A DNA stretch of 34,112 nucleotides from an uncultured Chitinophagales bacterium. GTDB taxonomy: Bacteria; Bacteroidota; Bacteroidia; Chitinophagales; UBA2359. Shown here piece after piece: positions 26,692 to 34,112 of the stretch. Every line of letters starts with the position of its first letter. The first letter of the stretch is position 1. The DNA lies in the NCBI GenBank assembly GCA_964480615.1, contig CAYZQX010000002.1, forward strand, positions 1 through 34,112, given 5' to 3'. Position numbers and translations under genes: made by a program. The notes under the pieces were generated by a model. It was not told the DNA's origin. It did no database searches and saw only the letters and a list, made by a program, of their open reading frames with translations.

Positions 26692-26716
26692 TGGGGTAAA
26701 ATAATGGTAAGAATAA

Positions 26717-28366
26717 ATGGGAAAAAAAAGCTATAGTTTTGAAAAACTATTCAAATTGTTGAAATTAGAGCGCCAAGAGATTCTGGCAATTTACTTTTAT
26801 GCCATTTTAAGCGGATTAATACAGCTAAGTTTGCCATTAGGCATACAGGCAATATTGGGATTGGTCTTGGGTGCTACAATGGTTACTTCGGTCTATATGC
26901 TTATAATTATTTTGATAATTGCAGTATTTATAGTTGGTTATTTACGTGTAAATAAGATGATGATTATAGAAAAGATTCAACAAAAAATATTTGTTAGGAT
27001 TGCATTTGAGTTTGCTGAAAAAATTCCCAACCTAGATCTAAAAGCTGCAGATCATTATTATTTGCCTAATAAGATAAATCATTTTTTTGATATTCAAAAT
27101 ATTCAAAAAGGGATTTCAAAATTACTGTTAGATATTCCTGGTGCTTCTATTCAAATTGTTTTAGGACTACTTCTAATTTCATTATACCATCCACTATTTA
27201 TACTGTTTTCCTTATTATTAATTTTTATGCTTTGGGTAATTTTTAGAATTACTGCCAAACAAGGGTTAGAAACTAGTATAATGGAAAGCAATTATAAATA
27301 CGAAGTTGCAGCTTGGCTTGAAGAGATAGGACGAGTCATTAAATCCTTCAAATATAGTCAGGGTACTAACCTAAATTTAATTAAAGCCGATGAAAAGTCA
27401 TTAAATTACATTAATGCTCGTACGGCACATTTCAAAGTATTATTATTTCAATTCAAATCCTTGGTTTTTTTTAAAGTTTGTGTAACAGCTGTTATGTTGC
27501 TTCTGGGCACCTACTTGTTATTTGAACAGAAAATAAATATAGGTCAGTTTGTAGCTGTTGAAATAGTTATTCTTTCCATAATTAGTGCTATGGAAAAGCT
27601 AATAGCAAGTTTAGAAAATGCCTATGATGTGATTGCTGGTTTATATAAGATAGATTCATTGCTTGAATTGGACAGTGAAAAAGATGGTAAGTTTATATTG
27701 CAATCTAGTGAGTTGAATATCGAAATAAGTAATTTGAATTTTTCCTATACTGACACACTAGAGTTGTTTAAAAATATATCGACTAATATAAGTGCAAATA
27801 GCGTAACCGCAATATCAGGTGAAGAGAATAGTGGTAAATCCACTTTCCTTAAGCTATTGACAGGTAGTTATAAAAACTTTAAGGGGAATATACTTTTTAA
27901 CCAAATTCCTATACAAAACTATTCACTCCAAAGTATTCGATCTAACACAGGTATATTATTGTACGAACAGGATTTATTTGAAGGCTCTTTATTCGACAAT
28001 ATTACTTTAGGGAATACAAATATAGAGATGGAGCATATATTAGATGTTGCTAAGAAATTAGGAATTGAAAATTTTCTATCTTCTTTTCCGCATTCGTATG
28101 AAACCAAAATAGAACCGATGGGGCAAAAAATGCCTTCATCATTAATAAAAAAAATACTATTGCTTAGGGCATTAGTAAATGACCCCATACTGTTGGTATT
28201 AGAAGAACCTTGGGCAGGCTTTAATGAAGATATTCAACAAAAAATCCAAAACTATTTGTTAGAAATTTCATCGAATAAGACCATAGTTATTACTACCAAT
28301 GATCGAGAATTTATTAAAAAGTGTAATCTTCATATTAACCTGAAAAATGGAACCATTACAAAATAG
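26717..28366 (+). CDS. ABC exporter (fused TMD-NBD, type I exporter fold, no C39 peptidase domain) with degenerate ATPase motifs
   Basis: The ~300-aa N-terminal domain has six hydrophobic segments. The NBD has an intact Walker A (SGEENSGKST) and Q-loop (YEQD). The signature is MPSSL instead of LSGGQ, Walker B is LLVLEEP instead of hhhhDE, the D-loop is WAGFN, and the H-loop position is N (VITTND). It lies 6 nt upstream of the HlyD gene. Confidence 0.85.
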   Translation: MGKKSYSFEKLFKLLKLERQEILAIYFYAILSGLIQLSLPLGIQAILGLVLGATMVTSVYMLIIILIIAVFIVGYLRVNKMMIIEKIQQKIFVRIAFEFAEKIPNLDLKAADHYYLPNKINHFFDIQNIQKGISKLLLDIPGASIQIVLGLLLISLYHPLFILFSLLLIFMLWVIFRITAKQGLETSIMESNYKYEVAAWLEEIGRVIKSFKYSQGTNLNLIKADEKSLNYINARTAHFKVLLFQFKSLVFFKVCVTAVMLLLGTYLLFEQKINIGQFVAVEIVILSIISAMEKLIASLENAYDVIAGLYKIDSLLELDSEKDGKFILQSSELNIEISNLNFSYTDTLELFKNISTNISANSVTAISGEENSGKSTFLKLLTGSYKNFKGNILFNQIPIQNYSLQSIRSNTGILLYEQDLFEGSLFDNITLGNTNIEMEHILDVAKKLGIENFLSSFPHSYETKIEPMGQKMPSSLIKKILLLRALVNDPILLVLEEPWAGFNEDIQQKIQNYLLEISSNKTIVITTNDREFIKKCNLHINLKNGTITK

Positions 28367-28372
28367 TAGAAA

Positions 28373-29689
28373 ATGAATAATTACCAAATTCCACTGAAGG
28401 CTTTTGATGCCATTTTAATGATTCATGCTAAGCCAAGAATTAGATATTATTTTTGGATTATTATAGCTTTACTTTTGTTGATTTTATTTTTACCATGGAC
28501 ACAAAATATAAAGTCGAAGGGAAATATCACAACATTAAAGCAAGAACAAAGACCTCAGAATATCAATGCTTTGATCCCAGGTAAAATAGATCAATGGTTT
28601 GTAAAAGAAGGGGATTTTGTATTAAAAGGGGATACTATATTGATTTTGTCAGAGATAAAAGAGGATTATCTTGATCCAAATTTAATTGGTCGCACTCAAA
28701 ATCAATTGGATGCCAAAGAAGGTAGTATTGAGTTTTATAAGGGTAAGATCACTTCAACACAATTGCAAATAAGTAATCTTAAAGAAGCCAAGCGATTAAA
28801 GATTGATCAATTGAAAAATAAAGCATTACAGCTTGAGAATAAATTGATAGGAGAGAAAGCTGAATTAGAAGCTAATCAAAATGAGGTTCAGCTATTAAAA
28901 AACCAGTACGAAAGACAATTAAAAATGTATGAGGAAGGTTTAGTATCACAAACTCAGTTGCAACAGCGCAGTATTGTATTTCAGAATGCGATGGCTAAGC
29001 TAACAATCACTGAAAATAAGATAGCGCAAACCAATCAAGAGATAATAAATAATCGCATTGAACAGAATAGTGTAGAACAAGAATATACCGAAAAAGTAAA
29101 TAAAGCTGAAGGCGATAATTTTCAAAATTTAAGTCAAATTGCATCCACTCAATCCGATGTGGCTAAGTTACAAAATCAGGTAAGTAATTATACCATCAGG
29201 AATAGTAGATATGTAGTCACTGCACCTCAAGATGGTCAAGTAATACAAGCTAATAAAGCAGGTATAGGTGAGATACTGAAAGAAGGTGAATCGATAGCCT
29301 TAATCGTGCCTAATGCCTTGGAGTATGCCGTAGAAATGTATGTTAATCCAGTTGATTTACCATTAGTAGATATTGGTCAAACTGTTCGCTTTACATTCGA
29401 TGGGTTTCCAGCGATTGTATTTAGTGGTTGGCCAGAACAAAGTTATGGAACCTTTTCAGGGAAAGTTGTTGCATATGAAAATGCCATAGGAGAAAATGGA
29501 AAATATAGAGTATTAGTAGCTGAAGATAGGGCCTATAAGAAGTGGCCTAAGGAACTGCGAATTGGTGCTGGAGCTAAGTCTATATTGCTTCTAAAAGATG
29601 TCCCTATATGGTATGAAATATGGAGGAATATTAACGGGTTTCCTAATGATTTTTATAAAGTTGAACAAGAATTAATAGATAAAAAATAG
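28373..29689 (+). CDS. HlyD-family membrane fusion (periplasmic adaptor) protein
   Basis: N-terminal TM (YYFWIIIALLLLILFLPW), lipoyl-like hairpin (VKEGDFVLKGDTILIL), a long coiled-coil (Q/E/K/L-rich, aa ~110-270), and a C-terminal beta-barrel segment. Confidence 0.85.
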   Translation: MNNYQIPLKAFDAILMIHAKPRIRYYFWIIIALLLLILFLPWTQNIKSKGNITTLKQEQRPQNINALIPGKIDQWFVKEGDFVLKGDTILILSEIKEDYLDPNLIGRTQNQLDAKEGSIEFYKGKITSTQLQISNLKEAKRLKIDQLKNKALQLENKLIGEKAELEANQNEVQLLKNQYERQLKMYEEGLVSQTQLQQRSIVFQNAMAKLTITENKIAQTNQEIINNRIEQNSVEQEYTEKVNKAEGDNFQNLSQIASTQSDVAKLQNQVSNYTIRNSRYVVTAPQDGQVIQANKAGIGEILKEGESIALIVPNALEYAVEMYVNPVDLPLVDIGQTVRFTFDGFPAIVFSGWPEQSYGTFSGKVVAYENAIGENGKYRVLVAEDRAYKKWPKELRIGAGAKSILLLKDVPIWYEIWRNINGFPNDFYKVEQELIDKK

Positions 29690-29694
29690 TTGTA

Positions 29695-31089
29695 ATGAAA
29701 ACAGCAGTATTAGCATTGTTTATAATTAATTTTAGTCATTGCCTTTTCGCTCAATATAACACCTTCAATGCTGAAGAATTTTTATCTATCGTGCGTAGTT
29801 ACCACCCCGTGGTAAGGTTGGCAAATATTAATATTGAGCAATCTGATGCTGATATTTTAGTGGCGCGCAACATTTTTAATCCGATAATTAGTAATTATAT
29901 AGCTAATAAGACCATTAATAATATTGAGTATTACAACTATCTTCATCCACAAATTACAATTCCTACATGGTTTGGTATTAATGTATCAGCAGGGCTAGAG
30001 AATTTATCAGGTAATCGTTTTGATCCTAGTGAAACGATAGGACAATCGAGTTACGTTGGAGTCAGTATTCCATTACTCAATAATTGGGTCATTGATAAAC
30101 GGAGAGCATACTTGCAAAAGGCCAAATTGTATAATGAGTTGGCAATTATTGATCAGCAAAAGGTTGTTAATGATGTATTGAAAGATGCAATTACTACCTA
30201 TTGGGAATGGGTTAATGCTTATGAGAGTTATGAAATTGTAGGGAGAAATTATGACATTTCTCAACAGCGATTTAATTTTGTTAAGCAAACAGTAATAAAT
30301 GGGGAAAGACCTGCTATTGATTCTATTGAAGCACTTACACAGTTGCAAAGTATGGAGTTTCTAAAGAATGAACGATGGTTTCAATTTCAAAATAAGGGAA
30401 TCGAGTTATCTGTTTTTTTGTGGAATGAAAATAATATGCCTTTTGACTGGCAAGAAAATATTATTCCGCAAAGTGGTTGGGAAAATCAAGAGAATATAGA
30501 GAAATTTATTTTACCATTGTCCGATTTGCTACAAAATGCCAAGGAGTTTCATCCAGAAATTAGAATGTTTACCCAAAAAACTTATCTCCTAAATATTGAA
30601 AAGAAATTAAAATTTCAAGAGCTTTTCCCAAAACTAGATTTCAATTATTATCATTTCAACAAAGGCCTAAATCAATTTAGTACTGATGGATTATTTTTTC
30701 AAAACAATTTCCAGTACGGGTTAAAATTTGAAATGCCATTATTTCTTTCTAAGAGTAGAGGTGAGTATAAAAAAGCGAAGCTCAACTTACAAGCAAATTT
30801 TATTATGCAAGCCCAAAAAGTTCAAGGAATAGAACAAAAGGTCGAATTATATTATAACCAATACCTCAACTTAAAAAAACAAATTATGGTGCAATCCAAT
30901 ATGCTCCAGAATTTTAGAAAATTGCTAAAAGCAGAGGAGACATTGTTTCAAAATGGGGAGAGTTCCCTTTTTCTTATTAATAGTAGAGAAAATAAAGTAT
31001 TAGAAACTGAAAATAAATTAGTGGAATTAAAAACCAAATATTTCAAGTCTATTTACGATTTACAATGGGCAGCAGGTCTCTTGCAATAA
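29695..31089 (+). CDS. TolC-family outer-membrane efflux protein
   Basis: Signal peptide MKTAVLALFIINFSHCLFAQ. The 464-aa protein shows two-fold repeat organisation of coiled helices typical of OEP/TolC. It is the last gene of a 5-6-nt-spaced three-gene operon. Confidence 0.8.
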   Translation: MKTAVLALFIINFSHCLFAQYNTFNAEEFLSIVRSYHPVVRLANINIEQSDADILVARNIFNPIISNYIANKTINNIEYYNYLHPQITIPTWFGINVSAGLENLSGNRFDPSETIGQSSYVGVSIPLLNNWVIDKRRAYLQKAKLYNELAIIDQQKVVNDVLKDAITTYWEWVNAYESYEIVGRNYDISQQRFNFVKQTVINGERPAIDSIEALTQLQSMEFLKNERWFQFQNKGIELSVFLWNENNMPFDWQENIIPQSGWENQENIEKFILPLSDLLQNAKEFHPEIRMFTQKTYLLNIEKKLKFQELFPKLDFNYYHFNKGLNQFSTDGLFFQNNFQYGLKFEMPLFLSKSRGEYKKAKLNLQANFIMQAQKVQGIEQKVELYYNQYLNLKKQIMVQSNMLQNFRKLLKAEETLFQNGESSLFLINSRENKVLETENKLVELKTKYFKSIYDLQWAAGLLQ

Positions 31090-31203
31090 GGCTAGGTTTT
31101 AAGAACAGCATAATAAAAAATATTTTTATAATTGCCAATCATAATTGTATCTTCTTAAACAAGTTAATTAGGGCTTGTTTAATAACTCGTAATTAATCAA
31201 TTT

Positions 31204-31445
31204 TGGCGATGCCTAAAGACCTATGTTACTTGCAACTTTATTTTTGCTATAGGTAGCAATAACCTGCACTATCGCTTGGTTTTACGCTATACCCTCGCTA
31301 CTTGCTGGAAGGTATATTTTCTATGAGAAGCAAATACCTGCGCATAGCTTGGTTTCTCGCTGTTGGAGTGCATTGGAATTTTCTATTTTTCTTAGTGGCA
31401 ACAAGAATCTATGCTTACGCTTGATTTGCTGCAATCCCTATCACG
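31204..31445 (+). repeat. Family-1 mosaic element, copy E (expanded, internally triplicated, degenerate 3' box)
   Basis: It starts with TGGCGATGCC and ends with GCAATCCCTATCACG. The interior holds three ~63-67-nt related units (31226-31288, 31298-31361, 31366-31432), each ending in a CTTGGTTT(T/C)(A/T)CGCT-like box. It lies 115 nt downstream of the TolC gene stop, on the same strand. Confidence 0.75.
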
Positions 31446-31572
31446 AATACAACTTGAAATCGTATTGTGTAAGATAATAGATAAATGACATAAATAGAAG
31501 ATATTAATACTACTCATACAGGGATTTTTTGGATGCAATACATGTTAACTCATCTATTTACCAAGGAAAAAC

Positions 31573-31580
31573 TATTTTTG
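31573..31580 (+). promoter_or_regulatory. -7 box TATTTTTG
   Basis: Exact TAnnTTTG, 15 nt upstream of the ribF ATG 31595. Confidence 0.4.
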
Positions 31581-31594
31581 CAAAAGAAATAATA

Positions 31595-32536
31595 ATGAAA
31601 GTTTGGAATAGCATCGCATCACTACCATCTTTTACAAGAACGGTTCTTACTATCGGCAGCTTTGATGGCGTCCATTTGGGTCATCAAAAGATTTTGGCTC
31701 GGCTTAAGGAGCTAGCTAATATCTTAGATGCTGAATCTGTATTAATTACATTTAATCCGCATCCACGTACAGTTGTGGCGAATAATAATAACCAGGTTGA
31801 ACTATTGACCACAGCGGATGAAAAAATTCATTTATTAGAGCGTTATGGCGTTAATAATCTAGTCATTATCCCTTTTACTAGAGAGTTTTCAGAACTCAGT
31901 CCAGCGGCATTTATCAGTGATTTTTTAGTTCAAAAGTTTCGACCAGCAGCAATTGCAATAGGTTACAATCATAAATATGGCAAGGACCGAGCGGGCGATT
32001 TAGAATTATTGGTGCAATATGGAAAAATTTATAATTTCGAGGTTGAAGAGATTAAGAAAGAGGCCTTATTAGAATGGGAAATTAGTTCAACTCATATCAG
32101 ACAAGCATTGAGCACTGGTGCGATAACTAAAGCCAACCAATTACTGGGTCATCCTTATTTTTTTGAAGGTATAGTTATTAAGGGTTTACAATTAGGCCGC
32201 ACCATTGGTTATCCTACAGCTAACATACACATAGAAGATCATGAAAAGCTCATTCCATCTGATGGCGTATATGTTGTAAGAGTAATGAGAAAAGATCAGG
32301 TGCTGAGGGGAATGATGAGTATAGGCGGACGCCCCACTATTGATCGGCCAGAGCGATTAATTGAAGTAAATATTTTTGATTTTGATGAAGTTATATATGG
32401 TGAGAAAATTTTTGTTGAGCTGTTGCAATATTTGCGAGGTATTGAAAAGTTTGATGGTCTTGAATCACTGTCGAAACAGTTAGCGCTTGATAAGTTAGCA
32501 TCATTGGCTTATTTTGATGAGCAAATGGACAATTAA
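31595..32536 (+). CDS. ribF: Bifunctional riboflavin kinase / FMN adenylyltransferase
   Basis: LTIGSFDGVHLGHQKIL (nucleotidyltransferase motif) and GRTIGYPTANI plus EVNIFDFDEVIYGE (riboflavin kinase). ATG 31595 lies 15 nt after a TATTTTTG -7 box; the ORF track's TTG 31529 lies upstream of that box. Confidence 0.92.
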   Translation: MKVWNSIASLPSFTRTVLTIGSFDGVHLGHQKILARLKELANILDAESVLITFNPHPRTVVANNNNQVELLTTADEKIHLLERYGVNNLVIIPFTREFSELSPAAFISDFLVQKFRPAAIAIGYNHKYGKDRAGDLELLVQYGKIYNFEVEEIKKEALLEWEISSTHIRQALSTGAITKANQLLGHPYFFEGIVIKGLQLGRTIGYPTANIHIEDHEKLIPSDGVYVVRVMRKDQVLRGMMSIGGRPTIDRPERLIEVNIFDFDEVIYGEKIFVELLQYLRGIEKFDGLESLSKQLALDKLASLAYFDEQMDN

Positions 32537-33272
32537 TAGTAGCTAATATTTCTATATCCTCAATGCAGTAACTTAGAGCTTGCAAAGCAAAACAAAACAA
32601 ATGGATTGAAGGATAGGTAAAAAAAAACTGTAAAGCATTTATTTTTTGTTATTAGGGCATCTATAACATCGCAATATTCGCTGATTATTCTGTTGACTTA
32701 CCTTGTTAGAAAGCAAACCCATTATCAAAGAATCTTAAGCCAATGATTTTACTTTGTAATAAAAAAGAATTCAATCGTTATTGAAGGCCGCTACCCATTT
32801 TTATAGAAAGTGCCAACCAATAGATTCACTTCAACCTCATCTATAAATAGTTTTGATCTATAGCAGCCTATAAAGCTATTTCAATTTTATAACAGGCTAA
32901 GCTGCCTAGCCATAATCAAAACTACAAAAGGATACCTTGTGCCGAAGCCTTTGATATCCTTTCTAATGCAAACAAACAATATTATATATATATCTGGGCG
33001 GATTATTCTTTAAACTTAGGCTAAAATGCTTTGTGTGAAATTGAAAGGGCATCTAGTGCATATGCCTATAATACCCTTTCTTCAAGCAATCAACCAAAAT
33101 CGCAACTATCTGAGCAAGAATTTTATTTCTTTGCTATTATACCTTATATTTTATTTTGACTAAAAATTTTCTCATTATTACTTACAATTTAAACTCATAA
33201 TTATAATAAAATTGAACTCAAAGGATTGCCAATTACAGAAACACACTAATTAGATCGATCCATTCTTTCACA

Positions 33273-33704
33273 TCAGGTTTTTAGGTAAAACTTTCCACTA
33301 TCTAATTTGGAATTAAAATCGGCGATGGTATTTTTTTCAATCATTTTAATGAGATTTTTTTTGATCTCTTTAAATTCAAAATGCACAGGACAAGGGGAGG
33401 CTTCAGAGCACTCTTTAAGACCTAGTACACAATCAGAGTATATACTATCTCCATCAATGGCTTTTACAATATCAGCTATTGAATTTTTTAAATCATGCTT
33501 GTCCATATAAAAACCTCCATTGGGTCCCTTCATAGAATGAACTAGTTTTTTCTTGCTCAATTCCTGCATTATCTTAGCCATAAAATGCTCCGGTGCGTTA
33601 GTGCCTACTGCAATTTCCTTCATGCTGACACGAACTTCATCCTTTGATTTTTGCGCAACAAAAATCATCGCTTTTATAGCATATTCACAAGATTTAGAAA
33701 ACAC
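33273..33704 (-). CDS. Rrf2-family transcriptional regulator (IscR/NsrR-like, putative Fe-S ligands)
   Basis: N-terminal wHTH MFSKSCEYAIKAMIFVAQKS...MKEIAVGTNAPEHFMAKIMQELSKKKLV. A three-Cys cluster follows: CVLGLKECSEASPC (C-x6-C-x5-C). GTG start at 33704. Confidence 0.9.
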   Translation of the reverse strand: MFSKSCEYAIKAMIFVAQKSKDEVRVSMKEIAVGTNAPEHFMAKIMQELSKKKLVHSMKGPNGGFYMDKHDLKNSIADIVKAIDGDSIYSDCVLGLKECSEASPCPVHFEFKEIKKNLIKMIEKNTIADFNSKLDSGKFYLKT

Positions 33705-33747
33705 TCAATCGAATTATGACGTAAAGATAATGCAAAAATTTATTATA

Positions 33748-33767
33748 AAAGGAGTTTAATATCCTTT
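33748..33767. promoter_or_regulatory. Imperfect 20-bp palindrome AAAGGAGTTTAATATCCTTT, candidate Rrf2 autoregulatory operator
   Basis: 6-bp perfect arms AAAGGA/TCCTTT around an 8-bp AT core centred on TTAA, 44-63 nt upstream of the Rrf2 GTG start. Confidence 0.3.
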
Positions 33768-34040
33768 AATGTGTAATATTTTTAGAATTATTTTTTGGTG
33801 TATTCTAAATTACTGATTTTTAATACCTTAGCTTTTATGGCTCAAGTAATTTTTTTTATCCTAATAGTTTTTTTAATACAATGGTTTGAGAAATAGAGTT
33901 AATTTTAATTCTAGATAATGGCTTATGGAAGCTGGATTATTTTGTAGGACACTAGATTATAAACTATCGACTCTGGATTCTAGACATTAATTCATAATAG
34001 TTAGTGACATGAAATTATAAACATAATACGACTAAGTCTT

Positions 34041-34112
34041 GTAATCCTAATTGTATTATCGTAAATCGCTCTAACTAGACTCTAGACACTAGATAATGGA
34101 CACTAGACTTTA
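34041..34112 (-). repeat. Family-2 repeat, inverted copy, truncated by the window end
   Basis: The reverse complement reads TAAAGTCTAGTGTCCATTATCTAGTGTCTAGAGTCTAGTTAGAGCGATTTACGATAATACAATTAGGATTAC. Related fragments lie at 33910-33920 and 33948-33990. Confidence 0.85.

Noticed and set aside
25993-26716. Bacteriocin, lanthipeptide or GG-leader precursor gene upstream of the ABC exporter
   Set aside because: Manual scanning of both strands found only ORFs of 20 codons or fewer, such as MEEESSVRGRISSIRSTISD on the minus strand and MKHCQLNI on the plus strand. None has a leader-like motif, and the ABC protein lacks a C39 peptidase domain.
19-31445. Possibility that the repeated hairpin elements are a CRISPR array or integron attC sites
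   Set aside because: Copies are kilobases apart and separated by housekeeping genes. They occur in both orientations and have variable length and no regular spacers. No cas or intI gene is present, and the ends do not match the attC R''/R' (RYYYAAC/GTTRRRY) pattern.
31090-31594. FMN riboswitch or other leader upstream of ribF
   Set aside because: The spacer is occupied by family-1 copy E. I could not see the conserved FMN-element core, and ribF is not normally riboswitch-controlled.
18551-34112. Composite transposon or genomic island bounded by the inverted family-2 copies
   Set aside because: No transposase, integrase or tRNA lies at the borders. The segment carries core genes (rdgB, ribF, an ECF sigma factor). 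The same repeat also occurs at the window start and at internal sites, so the inverted pair is most simply two members of a dispersed family.
1-34112. tRNA, rRNA, tmRNA, RNase P or SRP RNA genes
   Set aside because: I found no cloverleaf-compatible segments (no GTTCGAATC-like T-arm motif) and no long conserved GC-rich RNA-like blocks other than the repeat elements. Absence should be confirmed with tRNAscan-SE and cmscan.

Overview
This is an AT-rich (roughly 35% GC by eye) chromosomal segment from a Bacteroidota-type bacterium. The phylum call rests on two T9SS C-terminal sorting domains, TAnnTTTG -7 promoter boxes 11-26 nt upstream of several start codons, and the gene content. I support 24 protein genes. 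They are: an envelope cluster (LptD-like, amidase with SPOR domain, MlaD, OstA-like); an MbnP-like/di-haem peroxidase pair; a four-gene thiol-redox cluster that includes a Cys-rich secreted protein; pyrR-pyrB; a deoxynucleoside kinase; an M42 peptidase; an orphan SAM-dependent DNA methyltransferase; an ECF sigma factor with a membrane/beta-barrel partner; rdgB; a PNGase F-like T9SS protein; a tight ABC-HlyD-TolC exporter operon; ribF; and an Rrf2 regulator. I saw no rRNA, tRNA, CRISPR array, transposase, integrase or phage genes, and no recognisable multi-gene defence system. The most unusual content is non-coding. Seven copies of a GC-rich mosaic element sit in almost every long intergenic spacer. 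Each has a conserved 5' box (TGGCGATGCC), an internal GGGCTATRC box and a 3' box (CTATCCCTATCG). These boxes flank hairpins that differ completely in sequence between copies yet stay base-paired. Six of the seven copies lie 81-191 nt downstream of a stop codon in the sense orientation. A second repeat family (TCTAGTGTCCA-type, with 7-nt periodicity and a degenerate heptamer tract) is fused to the first, and both window ends fall inside it. Secondary points are an ABC exporter whose ATPase motifs are degenerate apart from the P-loop, a 0.7-kb ORF-free leader with phased ATAGTA repeats in front of it, and an orphan methyltransferase boxed in by repeats. All functional calls come from motif recognition by eye; no database search was run.
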